Positions 54,024 to 62,541 of a stretch of DNA of 64,000 nt are shown here, piece by piece. How positions within the stretch are numbered: position 1 is the stretch's first letter; each line of letters starts with the position of its first letter. The stretch covers positions 43,585 through 107,584 of the forward strand of contig JBFWRK010000015.1 in assembly GCA_050248955.1 (NCBI GenBank), read 5' to 3'. The notes under the pieces are model-generated. The model did not search any database and had not been told where the DNA came from. It was given only the letters and a program-made list of their open reading frames with translations. The position numbers and the translations under genes are program-made. This DNA is from Acidimicrobiia bacterium (GTDB taxonomy: Bacteria; Actinomycetota; Acidimicrobiia; Acidimicrobiales; Ilumatobacteraceae).

Positions 54024-56582
54024 ATGAAGGGCCCCTGGGAGAGCGACGTGGTGCTGGCGGACGGTACGACCGTCCACATCCGCCCGATCCTGCCGAGCGA
54101 CAAGGACGCGCTGATCGCGTTCCACGTGCGCCAGGGTCGGGAGAGCCTCTACTACCGGTACTTCTCGGCGCGATCCGGGTTGTCGGAGAAGGAGGCGGAG
54201 CGGTTCACGAACGTCGACATGGTGAATCGCGCCGGGCTCGTGGTCGAGGACGGCGAGCAGATGATCGCGTGGGGGAGCTTCGACCGCTGGCCGGGCCGCG
54301 ACGATGCCGACGTTGCGTTCTTCACCGACGACTCGCACCACGGCCGAGGCATTGCGACGCTGCTCCTCGAGCACCTCGCGGCGCTCGCCACCGCCGTCGG
54401 CATCACCCGGTTCACGGCCGAGGTCCTCGGCGACAACCGGGCGATGCTCTCGGTCTTCACGAAGGCGGGCTGGCCGGTGCGCCGCGCCTTCGAGAGCGGC
54501 GTCGTCGACCTCTCGTGGGACCTGCAGGAGACGCCGGCGTTCCTCGACACGCTCGAGCGGCGGGAGCAGATCGGCGACAGCCGTGCCGTCGCCCGGCTGC
54601 TGAACCCACGCGCGGTCGCCGTGATCGGCGCGTCGGATCGGGCCGGGTCTGTCGGCTGGGCGGTGCTCCGGAACCTGATCCGGGGCGCGTTCCCCGGTGC
54701 GGTGTACGCGGTGAACCCGAACCGCGAGGTGGTCGCCGGGCTCGTGAGCCACGAGTCGATCGACGCCATCGACGACGACGTGTCGCTCGCGGTCGTCGCC
54801 GTGCCCGTCGAGTCGCTGTGGGACGTCATCGCTGCCTGCGGCCGCAAGCGGGTGCGGGGCGCGATCGTGCTCACGTCCGTCCCCGACGACTACCCGACGG
54901 CCGAGCTCGTCTCGATGGCCCGGCGTTACGGCGTGCGGATCATCGGACCGGGGAGCATGGGCGTCTTCACGACCGCAGAAGAAGCACCGCTGCTCGCCCA
55001 CATCGCGCCGGGTGCGCTGCGCGCCGGGCCGGTGGGCGTGTCGATGCAGTCGGGATCGCTCGGCGCCTCGTTCCTCGAGCTCGCCAGGCGGCTCGGGCTG
55101 GGCGTGTCCTCCTTCGTGTCGCTCGGCGACAAGGCGGACATCTCGGGCAACGACCTGCTCCAGTTCTGGGACGAGGACGCCCGCACGCGGGTGATCGCGA
55201 TGTACACGGAGAGCTTCGGCAACCCGCGCAAGTTCGCCCGCATCGCCCGCCGGGTCGCACGGCGCAGGCCGATCGTCGCCGTGCGGGCCGGTGACGGGAC
55301 GATCGGTTCGGACACCGATGCGATCTACCAGCAGGCTGGTGTCATCAGGGTCCCGTCGGTCCGGCAGCTGCTCGACACCGTGCGGGTCCTGGCGTCGCAG
55401 CCCGTGCCGAAGGGGAACCGCGTCGCGATCGTGACGAACAGCAGGAGCCCTGCGGTGCTCGCCGCGAGCGCGCTGTCGGCCGACGGCTTGGAGCCCGTGC
55501 CGGTGCGCGACGGCGGGATGTGGATGGAGCTGCCGTGGGACGTGGCACCGGACGAGTTCGCCGCGGCCGTGGGTCAGCGCCTCTCCGACCCGGAGGTCGA
55601 CGCGGTCCTCGCGATCCATGCACCGCCGGTCGCCGACTCCGTCGACGCGCCGGCCGCGGCGCTCGACGCGGTCTCGCGCTCGATCCCGACCACGCCGCTG
55701 ATCGTCGTGCTGCTCGGCCGCGACGACGGCCCGCTCATCGAGGGGTCCGGCGTGCCCGCGTTTGCCTTCCCCGAGCAGGCGATCGCCGTGCTCGGCCGGG
55801 CAGCTCGGTACGCGGCGTGGCGGGACGGCGCGGCGACGGACGAGATCCGCCCACTCGACGGGATCGACACGGCCCGCGCGAGTGCGGTGATCGGTCACGC
55901 ACTCGCGCAGCGGCCCGCTGGTGGGCGCCTGCCGATGTCGGCGATGCACGAGCTGCTCGGCAGCTACGGCGTCGAGTTCGCACCGGCGACAGGCGTCACG
56001 ACGCCGGAGGCCGCTCGGATCGCGGCGGACGAGCTCGGGTACCCGGTCGTGCTGAAGTCCGCCGATCGGATACCGAACCGTCGTGGCGTTGCCGGCGGCG
56101 TCGCGCTGGACCTGGCGGACGGCGCGGCGGTGGTCACGAGCTGGGCGGCGATCGAGGAGGCGCGCGGGCGGCCGATCGTCGAGGCGATGGTGCAGAAGAT
56201 GGTGACGGGCGGCGTCGAGGTGCGAGTGGAGCTGCACACCGACGCCGCGCTCGGTCCTGTCGTCACGGTCGGGCTCGGCGGGATCTTCGCCGACGCGATC
56301 GGCGACCGCGTGAGCAGGCTCCCACCGCTCACCCCTGCCGCGGCGTCGGACATGATGGTGGAAGCGCGTGTCGGTGTCGCGTTGGCGAACGATCCGGCAG
56401 CCACGGCGAGAGTCGTCGAGCTGCTCGAGCGCGTCAGCCGGATGATCGACGAGCACCCGGAGATCGACGTGCTCGACCTGAACCCGGTGCTCGCCGCGTC
56501 CGAGGCGTGCTGCGTCGTCGACGCGACCGTCCACGTGGCGCCACCACCGGAGGTCGTGCTCCCACTCCGCCGCCTCGGCTGA
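54024..56582 (+). CDS. GNAT acetyltransferase fused N-terminally to an NDP-forming acyl-CoA synthetase-like module (Pat-type protein acetyltransferase, reversed domain order)
   Basis: The GNAT motif HHGRGIATLLLEHL lies in the first ~180 aa. It is followed by a CoA-binding AVIGASDRAGSVG motif, succinyl-CoA-ligase-like and ATP-grasp-like regions. Confidence 0.85.
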   Translation: MKGPWESDVVLADGTTVHIRPILPSDKDALIAFHVRQGRESLYYRYFSARSGLSEKEAERFTNVDMVNRAGLVVEDGEQMIAWGSFDRWPGRDDADVAFFTDDSHHGRGIATLLLEHLAALATAVGITRFTAEVLGDNRAMLSVFTKAGWPVRRAFESGVVDLSWDLQETPAFLDTLERREQIGDSRAVARLLNPRAVAVIGASDRAGSVGWAVLRNLIRGAFPGAVYAVNPNREVVAGLVSHESIDAIDDDVSLAVVAVPVESLWDVIAACGRKRVRGAIVLTSVPDDYPTAELVSMARRYGVRIIGPGSMGVFTTAEEAPLLAHIAPGALRAGPVGVSMQSGSLGASFLELARRLGLGVSSFVSLGDKADISGNDLLQFWDEDARTRVIAMYTESFGNPRKFARIARRVARRRPIVAVRAGDGTIGSDTDAIYQQAGVIRVPSVRQLLDTVRVLASQPVPKGNRVAIVTNSRSPAVLAASALSADGLEPVPVRDGGMWMELPWDVAPDEFAAAVGQRLSDPEVDAVLAIHAPPVADSVDAPAAALDAVSRSIPTTPLIVVLLGRDDGPLIEGSGVPAFAFPEQAIAVLGRAARYAAWRDGAATDEIRPLDGIDTARASAVIGHALAQRPAGGRLPMSAMHELLGSYGVEFAPATGVTTPEAARIAADELGYPVVLKSADRIPNRRGVAGGVALDLADGAAVVTSWAAIEEARGRPIVEAMVQKMVTGGVEVRVELHTDAALGPVVTVGLGGIFADAIGDRVSRLPPLTPAAASDMMVEARVGVALANDPAATARVVELLERVSRMIDEHPEIDVLDLNPVLAASEACCVVDATVHVAPPPEVVLPLRRLG

Positions 56583-56596
56583 CGGGCGGCGACGGT

Positions 56597-56830
56597 TCAG
56601 CGGGGGAGCGTGCGCAGCTCGTTCAGGTCGCGGGCGAGCTCGTCGAGCGCGTCCTGGTCGCTGTGGGCGAGCGCTCGCCTGCGGTCGTCCGGCAGCCCGG
56701 CCGCGTCGAGGAGCTCCTCCCAGGTCGCATCGGGCCGGTCGAGCACCTTCCGGAGCGCCGTCGTCAGCGCACCGACCGGATCGTCGTCGAACCGGCCGAG
56801 GAGCGCCTCGACGTCACGCTTGCGCAGCAC
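56597..56830 (-). CDS. Small hypothetical helical protein (77 aa)
   Basis: GC3-rich frame 21 nt downstream of the saccharopine-dehydrogenase-family gene. GTG start at 56830 (alternative 56853). No recognisable domain. Confidence 0.4.
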   Translation of the reverse strand: MLRKRDVEALLGRFDDDPVGALTTALRKVLDRPDATWEELLDAAGLPDDRRRALAHSDQDALDELARDLNELRTLPR

Positions 56831-56850
56831 GCCAGCGCCCTGCCGTGGCG

Positions 56851-58062
56851 TCACGCCGGTCGCTCCTCCATCATCCACGAGACGCCGTGCTCGCCGAGCA
56901 GGTCGAGGAACGGGGCGGCGTCGAACGCCTCGGGCCCGAGGACGCCGGTGCCCTTCCACTCGCCGGCGGCCATCAGTTCGAGCGCGACGACGGGGTTCAC
57001 CGCGGTCTGCCACACGACGGCCTGGTGCCCGAACTCGGCCATCGTCCACGCATTGTCGACGACGTGGTAGAGGTACGTCCGTCGGGGCCGTGCGTCGTTG
57101 TCGAGACCGGTGACGAGCGACCCGGCACACGTGAGCCCGGTCATCCGATCGCCCAGCTCTGCCGGGTTGGGCAGGCATGCCGCCACCACGTCGCGGGGGC
57201 TGACCTCGACGCCGCGCACGTTGACCGGGCGCGTGCTGTCGAGGCCGAGCTTGTGCAGCGTCATGAGGACGTCGATGAACTCGTCGCCGAGGCCGTACTT
57301 GAAGGTGACCCGGCCGACGTCGAGCCATCGCGGCATGAGGATCACTTCCTCGTGTTCGACGTTGACGCAGGTCAGCGGCCCGATCCCCGCCGGGAAGTCG
57401 AACACCTCCGGCTCGCTGAACGGTGCGGTGGTGAACCAGCCACGCTCGCGCTCCCAGATCACGGGTGGGTTCAGGCACTCCTCGATCGTCGTCCAGATCG
57501 AGAAGGTGGGCGTGAACTGATCCCCACGGATCTGGATGTCCGATCCGTCGCGCACACCGACCTCGTCGATGCGGGAGAAGAGATGGTCGGCGGCGTAGCG
57601 GGCGAAGACGTCGGACAGCCCGGGCTCGACGCCCATGCCACCGATCGCCAGCTGACCGCGCTCGCTCCAGTCGTCGGAGACGGCGAACTGCGCGTCGCCG
57701 AGCTTCACCCCGCAGCGCTCGTGCGGGCGCTCCGGGTCGGGGACCGACATGTGCATCGCCATGTCGATGTAGTCGCACCCTGTGGCGAACGCGGCGTCGA
57801 ACAGCGACGGGTTGAACCGCGGGTCGCAGGCGTTGACGATCACATCGGCCCCGCACAGGTTCGCGAGCTCGATGACGTCCAGTGCGTCCGTCGCATCGAC
57901 CCTGGTGCCGGTCACGCGCGGATCACCCGTGCGGGCCGCGGCGCGGGCGGCTCGGTTCGCGTCGACGTCGGCGATGGTGAGCGACTCGAAGAACGATCGG
58001 CGCGAAGCGATCGAAGCGATTGCGGCGCCGACACCCCCTGCACCGACGACCAGCACTCGCAT
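56851..58062 (-). CDS. Saccharopine dehydrogenase-family NAD(P)-binding protein
   Basis: MRVLVVGAGGVGAAIA Rossmann N-terminus. 403 aa with family-typical length and motifs (VNACDPRFN...YIDMA). Confidence 0.8.
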   Translation of the reverse strand: MRVLVVGAGGVGAAIASIASRRSFFESLTIADVDANRAARAAARTGDPRVTGTRVDATDALDVIELANLCGADVIVNACDPRFNPSLFDAAFATGCDYIDMAMHMSVPDPERPHERCGVKLGDAQFAVSDDWSERGQLAIGGMGVEPGLSDVFARYAADHLFSRIDEVGVRDGSDIQIRGDQFTPTFSIWTTIEECLNPPVIWERERGWFTTAPFSEPEVFDFPAGIGPLTCVNVEHEEVILMPRWLDVGRVTFKYGLGDEFIDVLMTLHKLGLDSTRPVNVRGVEVSPRDVVAACLPNPAELGDRMTGLTCAGSLVTGLDNDARPRRTYLYHVVDNAWTMAEFGHQAVVWQTAVNPVVALELMAAGEWKGTGVLGPEAFDAAPFLDLLGEHGVSWMMEERPA

Positions 58063-58070
58063 GGCGCGAT

Positions 58071-58094
58071 CATACTGACGAGTCAGTCAGTATG
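58071..58094. promoter_or_regulatory. Palindrome catactgac-N6-gtcagtatg, 9-32 nt upstream of the saccharopine-DH-family start codon
   Basis: Perfect 9-bp arms (58071-58079 / 58086-58094). On the minus strand it overlaps a TATGAT hexamer 7 nt upstream of the ATG, so a leaderless transcript is possible. Confidence 0.35.
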
Positions 58095-58111
58095 CGAGCA
58101 CCGTGATCGTG

Positions 58112-58639
58112 TCAGTACGCGAACGCGCGACGCCCAGCGTGGGCGGGTACGAGCGACGCGATCCGGGTGGCGAGATACGGGCTGAACCAGCTCCGGTAGC
58201 GCACCTGCAGCTCGGGCAGCATCCAGTCCTCACCGGTGACCTTGCCCCGGCAGGTCGGCGCGCCGCACCCGCACTCGAACTCGTCGTACGGCGATCCGTC
58301 GCTCATCGCGTAGTCGTACGTGACTTCTTCGCCGGGCGCGATCTCGCGCATCGCGACCAGGATGTTGGCGCCGCTCATGCCGCAGTTCGGCGAGCACGAG
58401 TGGTTGACCCCGTCGCTGGGGGAGAACTCCGGAGACACGAGGAAGTGCTGCTCGTCGATCTGGAGCGCGAGCGACCGCTGCTCCCTGGTCATCTGCTCGA
58501 CCTCGGTCCAGTCGGCGACGAGGCCGCCGAAGATCGCAACCGTCTCGCCAGGCCGGATCCACGCCGTCGCGTAGGCGCCGCGGCCCTTGCCGCCGGCCGC
58601 GCTGATCTGCGCCTTCGAGCTGAGATGGCTGATCTGCAT
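58112..58639 (-). CDS. SET-domain protein (putative protein-lysine methyltransferase)
   Basis: GRGAYA, NHSCSPNC, EVTYDY and post-SET CGCGAPTCRG motifs. ATG 58639 is preceded by AGGAGG. Confidence 0.8.
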   Translation of the reverse strand: MQISHLSSKAQISAAGGKGRGAYATAWIRPGETVAIFGGLVADWTEVEQMTREQRSLALQIDEQHFLVSPEFSPSDGVNHSCSPNCGMSGANILVAMREIAPGEEVTYDYAMSDGSPYDEFECGCGAPTCRGKVTGEDWMLPELQVRYRSWFSPYLATRIASLVPAHAGRRAFAY

Positions 58640-58708
58640 CGATCCTCCTGGACGCGCGTCGCGACGTGAACGCACAGCATGTCGGGTCCGCCACACATCG
58701 TCTACTAA

Positions 58709-58744
58709 CTGACGGACCAGTCGGGACTGACGGAGTCGTCAGTC
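58709..58744. promoter_or_regulatory. ACTGACGGA direct repeat plus palindrome gactgacg-N4-cgtcagtc upstream of the SET gene
   Basis: Palindrome arms at 58725-58732 / 58737-58744. An extra half-site lies at 58709-58717. Shares the CTGACG..GTCAG core with the 58071-58094 palindrome. Confidence 0.35.
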
Positions 58745-58748
58745 AGCG

Positions 58749-60476
58749 TCAGGCGAGGCCGAGTGCGGCCGCCGTCCGGCTGTACACGTCGCCGGTCTGG
58801 GACAACCCCTTGTCCTTCTGGAAGCGGGTCACCACGGCACGGGTCACCGGCCCGAAGTTGCCGTCGACGGCGAGCGAGTAGCCGAAGCGACGCAGTGCCC
58901 GCTGCACCGCTCGGACGTCGTCACCGCGCATGCCGAGGCGCACCGGCAGGGAGATCGCCGACGACGCGCCGGTCGCGGTGAGCGCTGCCGCCGGTGCCAC
59001 CGTTGCTGCGGCAGACGCCGGCGCCGTCGCGGCAACGACGCCGAGCGCGCCCGCCGTGCGCAGGTCGACGTCGCCCGATGCGCTCAGCGCCTTCTGCTTC
59101 TGGAACTGGTACACCGCGAAGCGCGTCTGGAGGCCGAAGTCGCCATCGACCGCGACCCGCAAGCCCTGGTTCGACAACGCGCGCTGCACCGTGCGCACGG
59201 CGTCCCCCTTGGCGCCGGCCCTGAGCGGGAGGACGAGGATGTTCGACTTCGCCGCGTCGACGAGGCCGAGCGCCGTCACGGTCGCGAGGTCGGCCTGCCC
59301 CGAGCGGGTGAGACCCTTCGACGTCTGGAAGGTGACGAGCGCGTTGCGGGTCTGGTTGCCGAACGCACCGTCGACACCGACTCGGATCCCGGTCGTGCGC
59401 AGCGCTCGCTGCACGGACGCGACGGCCTCGCCGGTCGTGCCGATCGCCATCGGCACGGGCAGCAACGGGCCGGAGGACGATGCTGCGGGCGCCGAGCCGG
59501 CGGCGCTCGCGTTCGACGCGGTGACAGCCGGCGCCGGCGCTGTCGGCGCGGCGCCGAACTCGTAGCGCGTGACCTTCGGGACGTCGACGGTGATCGCGGG
59601 CCACCGTCCGGCGTTCGCGGCGACCTGCTCGCGGATCGATGGCAGGAGGTTCGCGACCCGGCCGGGACACGACGTCTCGCCGATCTGCCGGTGACCGGCG
59701 AGGTTGGCCGTCGTCATCCGGGCGCCGAAGCGGGTGATGTACGGGTCGCTGTTGATCGCGTCGATGCGGTGCCGGGCCGCCTTCCAGCTCAGCAGCCACA
59801 CCAGGCTGGCGACGGCGGCATCGGTCGGGTTGCCCGAGGTGAAGTCGCCGATGAGCACGATGCCGCACGTCGCGCCGTTCATCGCCGCGGCGTGGCCGCC
59901 GATGACGCCCCAGCCGTTCGTGTCCTCGCCGGTGATCTGCTCGCCGTTGCCGTACGGCCGCGAGTACCGACCCTCGTAGATCACACCCTTGTGGTCGATC
60001 ACGAAGTTGTACCCGAGGTCCGAGTACCCGCGCTGGACGTGGTAGCCGTACATCTCACGGATGACCGACGCCGGGTTCGCCGGGTTGTTCGCACTCGCCG
60101 TGTGGTGCACGACGAGCTTCCGGATCGGTGTGAACGACCGCTGGTTCGAACGCAACGATTCGTCAGCGCCCCATTGCGCCCGCGAGACGATCGGTGGCGC
60201 CGCGATCGAGATCGAGTTCGTCACCTGGAACATGCCGTCCGTGGCGCTGAACGGGGAGCCGCCAGCCGCCGACCGGGTCGCGTCGGTCGACGCCGCCGCG
60301 TCGAAGCCGCCGTCCTCACCCATCGCCGCTTCCTCGAACGGCGACGGGGACGCTCCCGCACGATGCACGTCGAACAGCTCGGCGACGGATCCGGCTACGG
60401 CGACGAGCCCGCCGCCGACGAGAGCGCGGCGAATGAATCGGCGACGGCCGAAGGATGGGTCACAAGCGGTACACAT
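58749..60476 (-). CDS. Secreted N-acetylmuramoyl-L-alanine amidase (PGRP/Amidase_2 type) with three C-terminal PG-binding repeats
   Basis: Tat-like RRRFIRRAL signal. Amidase motifs VVHHTAS and GYNFVID. Three repeats of the G..G..V..VQRAL...G...VDG.FG..T pattern. Confidence 0.88.
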   Translation of the reverse strand: MCTACDPSFGRRRFIRRALVGGGLVAVAGSVAELFDVHRAGASPSPFEEAAMGEDGGFDAAASTDATRSAAGGSPFSATDGMFQVTNSISIAAPPIVSRAQWGADESLRSNQRSFTPIRKLVVHHTASANNPANPASVIREMYGYHVQRGYSDLGYNFVIDHKGVIYEGRYSRPYGNGEQITGEDTNGWGVIGGHAAAMNGATCGIVLIGDFTSGNPTDAAVASLVWLLSWKAARHRIDAINSDPYITRFGARMTTANLAGHRQIGETSCPGRVANLLPSIREQVAANAGRWPAITVDVPKVTRYEFGAAPTAPAPAVTASNASAAGSAPAASSSGPLLPVPMAIGTTGEAVASVQRALRTTGIRVGVDGAFGNQTRNALVTFQTSKGLTRSGQADLATVTALGLVDAAKSNILVLPLRAGAKGDAVRTVQRALSNQGLRVAVDGDFGLQTRFAVYQFQKQKALSASGDVDLRTAGALGVVAATAPASAAATVAPAAALTATGASSAISLPVRLGMRGDDVRAVQRALRRFGYSLAVDGNFGPVTRAVVTRFQKDKGLSQTGDVYSRTAAALGLA

Positions 60477-60601
60477 GGGCAAGGCCTCCACGGCCCCCAC
60501 TCCGCCCGCACGAACTCGTCCACCTTACGCGATGTCGGCCGGTGATGTCAGGACACCGTCACATCGGGGTCGCCGTTGCCGCCCAGCGGCACTCGCGCCC
60601 G

Positions 60602-60745
60602 CGCCCGACGCAGTCAGAGATCTGCACCGGAGCGGTGCAGATCTCCGACAGGTACCACGTTGGCGCACAGCGGCGTCTGCCCGCCCGACGCAGTCAGAGA
60701 TCTGCACCGGAGCGGTGCAGATCTCTGACAGGTACCACGTTGGCG
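60602..60745 (+). repeat. Two 64-bp direct repeats (80-bp period), each containing a 17-bp-stem / 3-nt-loop hairpin
   Basis: Hairpins gtcagagatctgcaccg-gag-cggtgcagatctc[c/t]gac at 60613-60649 (one mismatch) and 60693-60729 (perfect). Located in the amidase / acyl-CoA-synthetase divergent intergenic region. Confidence 0.85.
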
Positions 60746-60760
60746 AAGCATGGTCGTCCA

Positions 60761-60848
60761 CTCGCGGCGCGTCGATCGCTCGCTCGCGGCGCGTCGATCG
60801 CTCGCTCGCGGCGCGTCGATCGCTCGCTCGCGGCGCGTCGGTCGCTCG
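60761..60848 (+). repeat. Four tandem 22-bp repeats (CTCGCGGCGCGTCGATCGCTCG)
   Basis: Units at 60761, 60783, 60805 and 60827; the last has one substitution. The array ends 65 nt upstream of the acyl-CoA synthetase start. Confidence 0.9.
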
Positions 60849-60912
60849 TTACGGCTCGACGCGGTCGGTTCGGATACCGTCCCGAGGCGTCGGACCGACC
60901 GGGAGCCACCAC

Positions 60913-62541
60913 ATGACGAACTGGACGTACGGGGACATCTTCGAGGCGATCGCCGCCCGCGTGCCTGAGCGTCCATGCCAGATCCACGGCGATCGGGTGA
61001 TCACCTGGGGTGCGTTCGACCAGCGGTCGAACGCCTTCGGCAACGACCTCCTCGCAACCGGCCTCGGCCACCAGTCCAAGGTCGCGGCGTACCTCTACAA
61101 CGGCCCTGAGTACATGGAGACCTACATCGCCGCGTTCAAGGCCGGCATGGTCCCGGTGAACACGAACTACCGGTACGGCCCCGAGGAGATCGTGTACCTC
61201 TTCGACAACGCCGATGCCGAGGCCGTCGTCTTCCACGCCTCGTTCACCGAGCTCCTCGAAGGGGCGCGCGACCGGCTGCAGAAGGTGAAGCGTTGGTACG
61301 TCGTGGCGGACGAGACGGGCGACGGTCCCTCTTGGGCGACCCCGTACGAGAGCGTGGTCGGCGGTGGCGACAGCGGGCCGGTCGTGCCGCCATGGGGTCG
61401 CCGCGGCGACGACCTGCTGCTCCTCTACACCGGTGGCACGACGGGCATGCCGAAGGGTGTCATGTGGCGCCAGGACGACCTGTTCAACGTGCTCGGCGCA
61501 GGCGGCCAGGCCTTGCTCGGCATTCCCCCGGCCGAGAGCGTCGACGAGGTCGCGACGCGCATCGACCCCGAGCAGCCGGGGCTCGTCATGCTCGTCGCCT
61601 GCCCGCTCATGCACGGCACGGGCCAGTTCTCGGCACTGATCACGATGGCGCTCGGCGGCGCGGTCCTCAGCCTGCCGTCGCGCCGTCTCGACATCGCCGA
61701 GCTGTGGGACGAGGTCGTGAGGCACCGTGCGAACTCGATCGTCATCGTCGGCCAGGCGTTCGCCGGGCCGATGCTCGACGAGCTCGACGCCCACGAGGGC
61801 GAGCGCGACCTGTCGAGCGTCCAGATGATCTCGTCCTCGGGCGTGATGTGGAGCGAGGAGAACAAGATGGGCCTCCTGCGCCACATCCCGCAGGCGATCC
61901 TGTTCGATTCGTACGGCTCCTCCGAGGCCGTGGGGCTCGGTGGTTCGGTCTCGGCCGGCGGCGCAGCGGCGCAGACGGCGAAGTTCATGCTCGGCCCGTC
62001 GTGCGCGGTGTTCACCGAGGACGGCCGGCGAGTGGAGCCGGGCTCGGGGGAGCAGGGCATGGTCGCGATCAGCGGCTTCATCCCGCTCGGCTACTACAAG
62101 GACGAAGTGAAGTCGGCGCAGACGTTCCGCACCTTCGAGGGCCGCCGCTGGAGCGTCCCGGGCGATTGGGCCGAGGTGGGCGCGGACGGCACGCTGTACC
62201 TCCTCGGGCGGGGGTCGGTCTGCATCAACACCGGCGGCGAGAAGGTCTTCCCGGAAGAGGTCGAAGAGGCGCTGAAGACGCATGTCTCGGTACGCGATGC
62301 CGTCGCTGTCGGCGTGCCCGACGCGCGCTTCGGCGAGGCCATCTGCGCGGTTGTCGAGGCGGAGGACGGGTCGGTGCCCGAGCTGCCCGCGCTGGCCGAC
62401 CACGTGCGGACGTCGCTGGCCTCGTACAAGGCACCCCGCCACCTCGTCGTGGTCGACACGATCGGCCGCGCGCCGAACGGAAAGGTGGACTACAAGCGGT
62501 TGAAGGCGCTCGCCGCGGAACGGGTCGACGCCGCTCGATGA
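60913..62541 (+). CDS. AMP-forming acyl-CoA synthetase
   Basis: LLLYTGGTTGMPKGVMW AMP-binding motif and C-terminal GKVDYKRL. ATG 60913 is preceded by GGGAG. The 5' part of the listed 826-aa ORF is antisense amidase plus repeats. Confidence 0.88.
   Translation: MTNWTYGDIFEAIAARVPERPCQIHGDRVITWGAFDQRSNAFGNDLLATGLGHQSKVAAYLYNGPEYMETYIAAFKAGMVPVNTNYRYGPEEIVYLFDNADAEAVVFHASFTELLEGARDRLQKVKRWYVVADETGDGPSWATPYESVVGGGDSGPVVPPWGRRGDDLLLLYTGGTTGMPKGVMWRQDDLFNVLGAGGQALLGIPPAESVDEVATRIDPEQPGLVMLVACPLMHGTGQFSALITMALGGAVLSLPSRRLDIAELWDEVVRHRANSIVIVGQAFAGPMLDELDAHEGERDLSSVQMISSSGVMWSEENKMGLLRHIPQAILFDSYGSSEAVGLGGSVSAGGAAAQTAKFMLGPSCAVFTEDGRRVEPGSGEQGMVAISGFIPLGYYKDEVKSAQTFRTFEGRRWSVPGDWAEVGADGTLYLLGRGSVCINTGGEKVFPEEVEEALKTHVSVRDAVAVGVPDARFGEAICAVVEAEDGSVPELPALADHVRTSLASYKAPRHLVVVDTIGRAPNGKVDYKRLKALAAERVDAAR

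Noticed and set aside
60602-60745. The 17-bp-stem hairpins as intrinsic terminators.
   Set aside because: They sit upstream of both flanking genes (a divergent region), so neither gene's transcript reads into them from its 3' end. They also lack a downstream T-tract.
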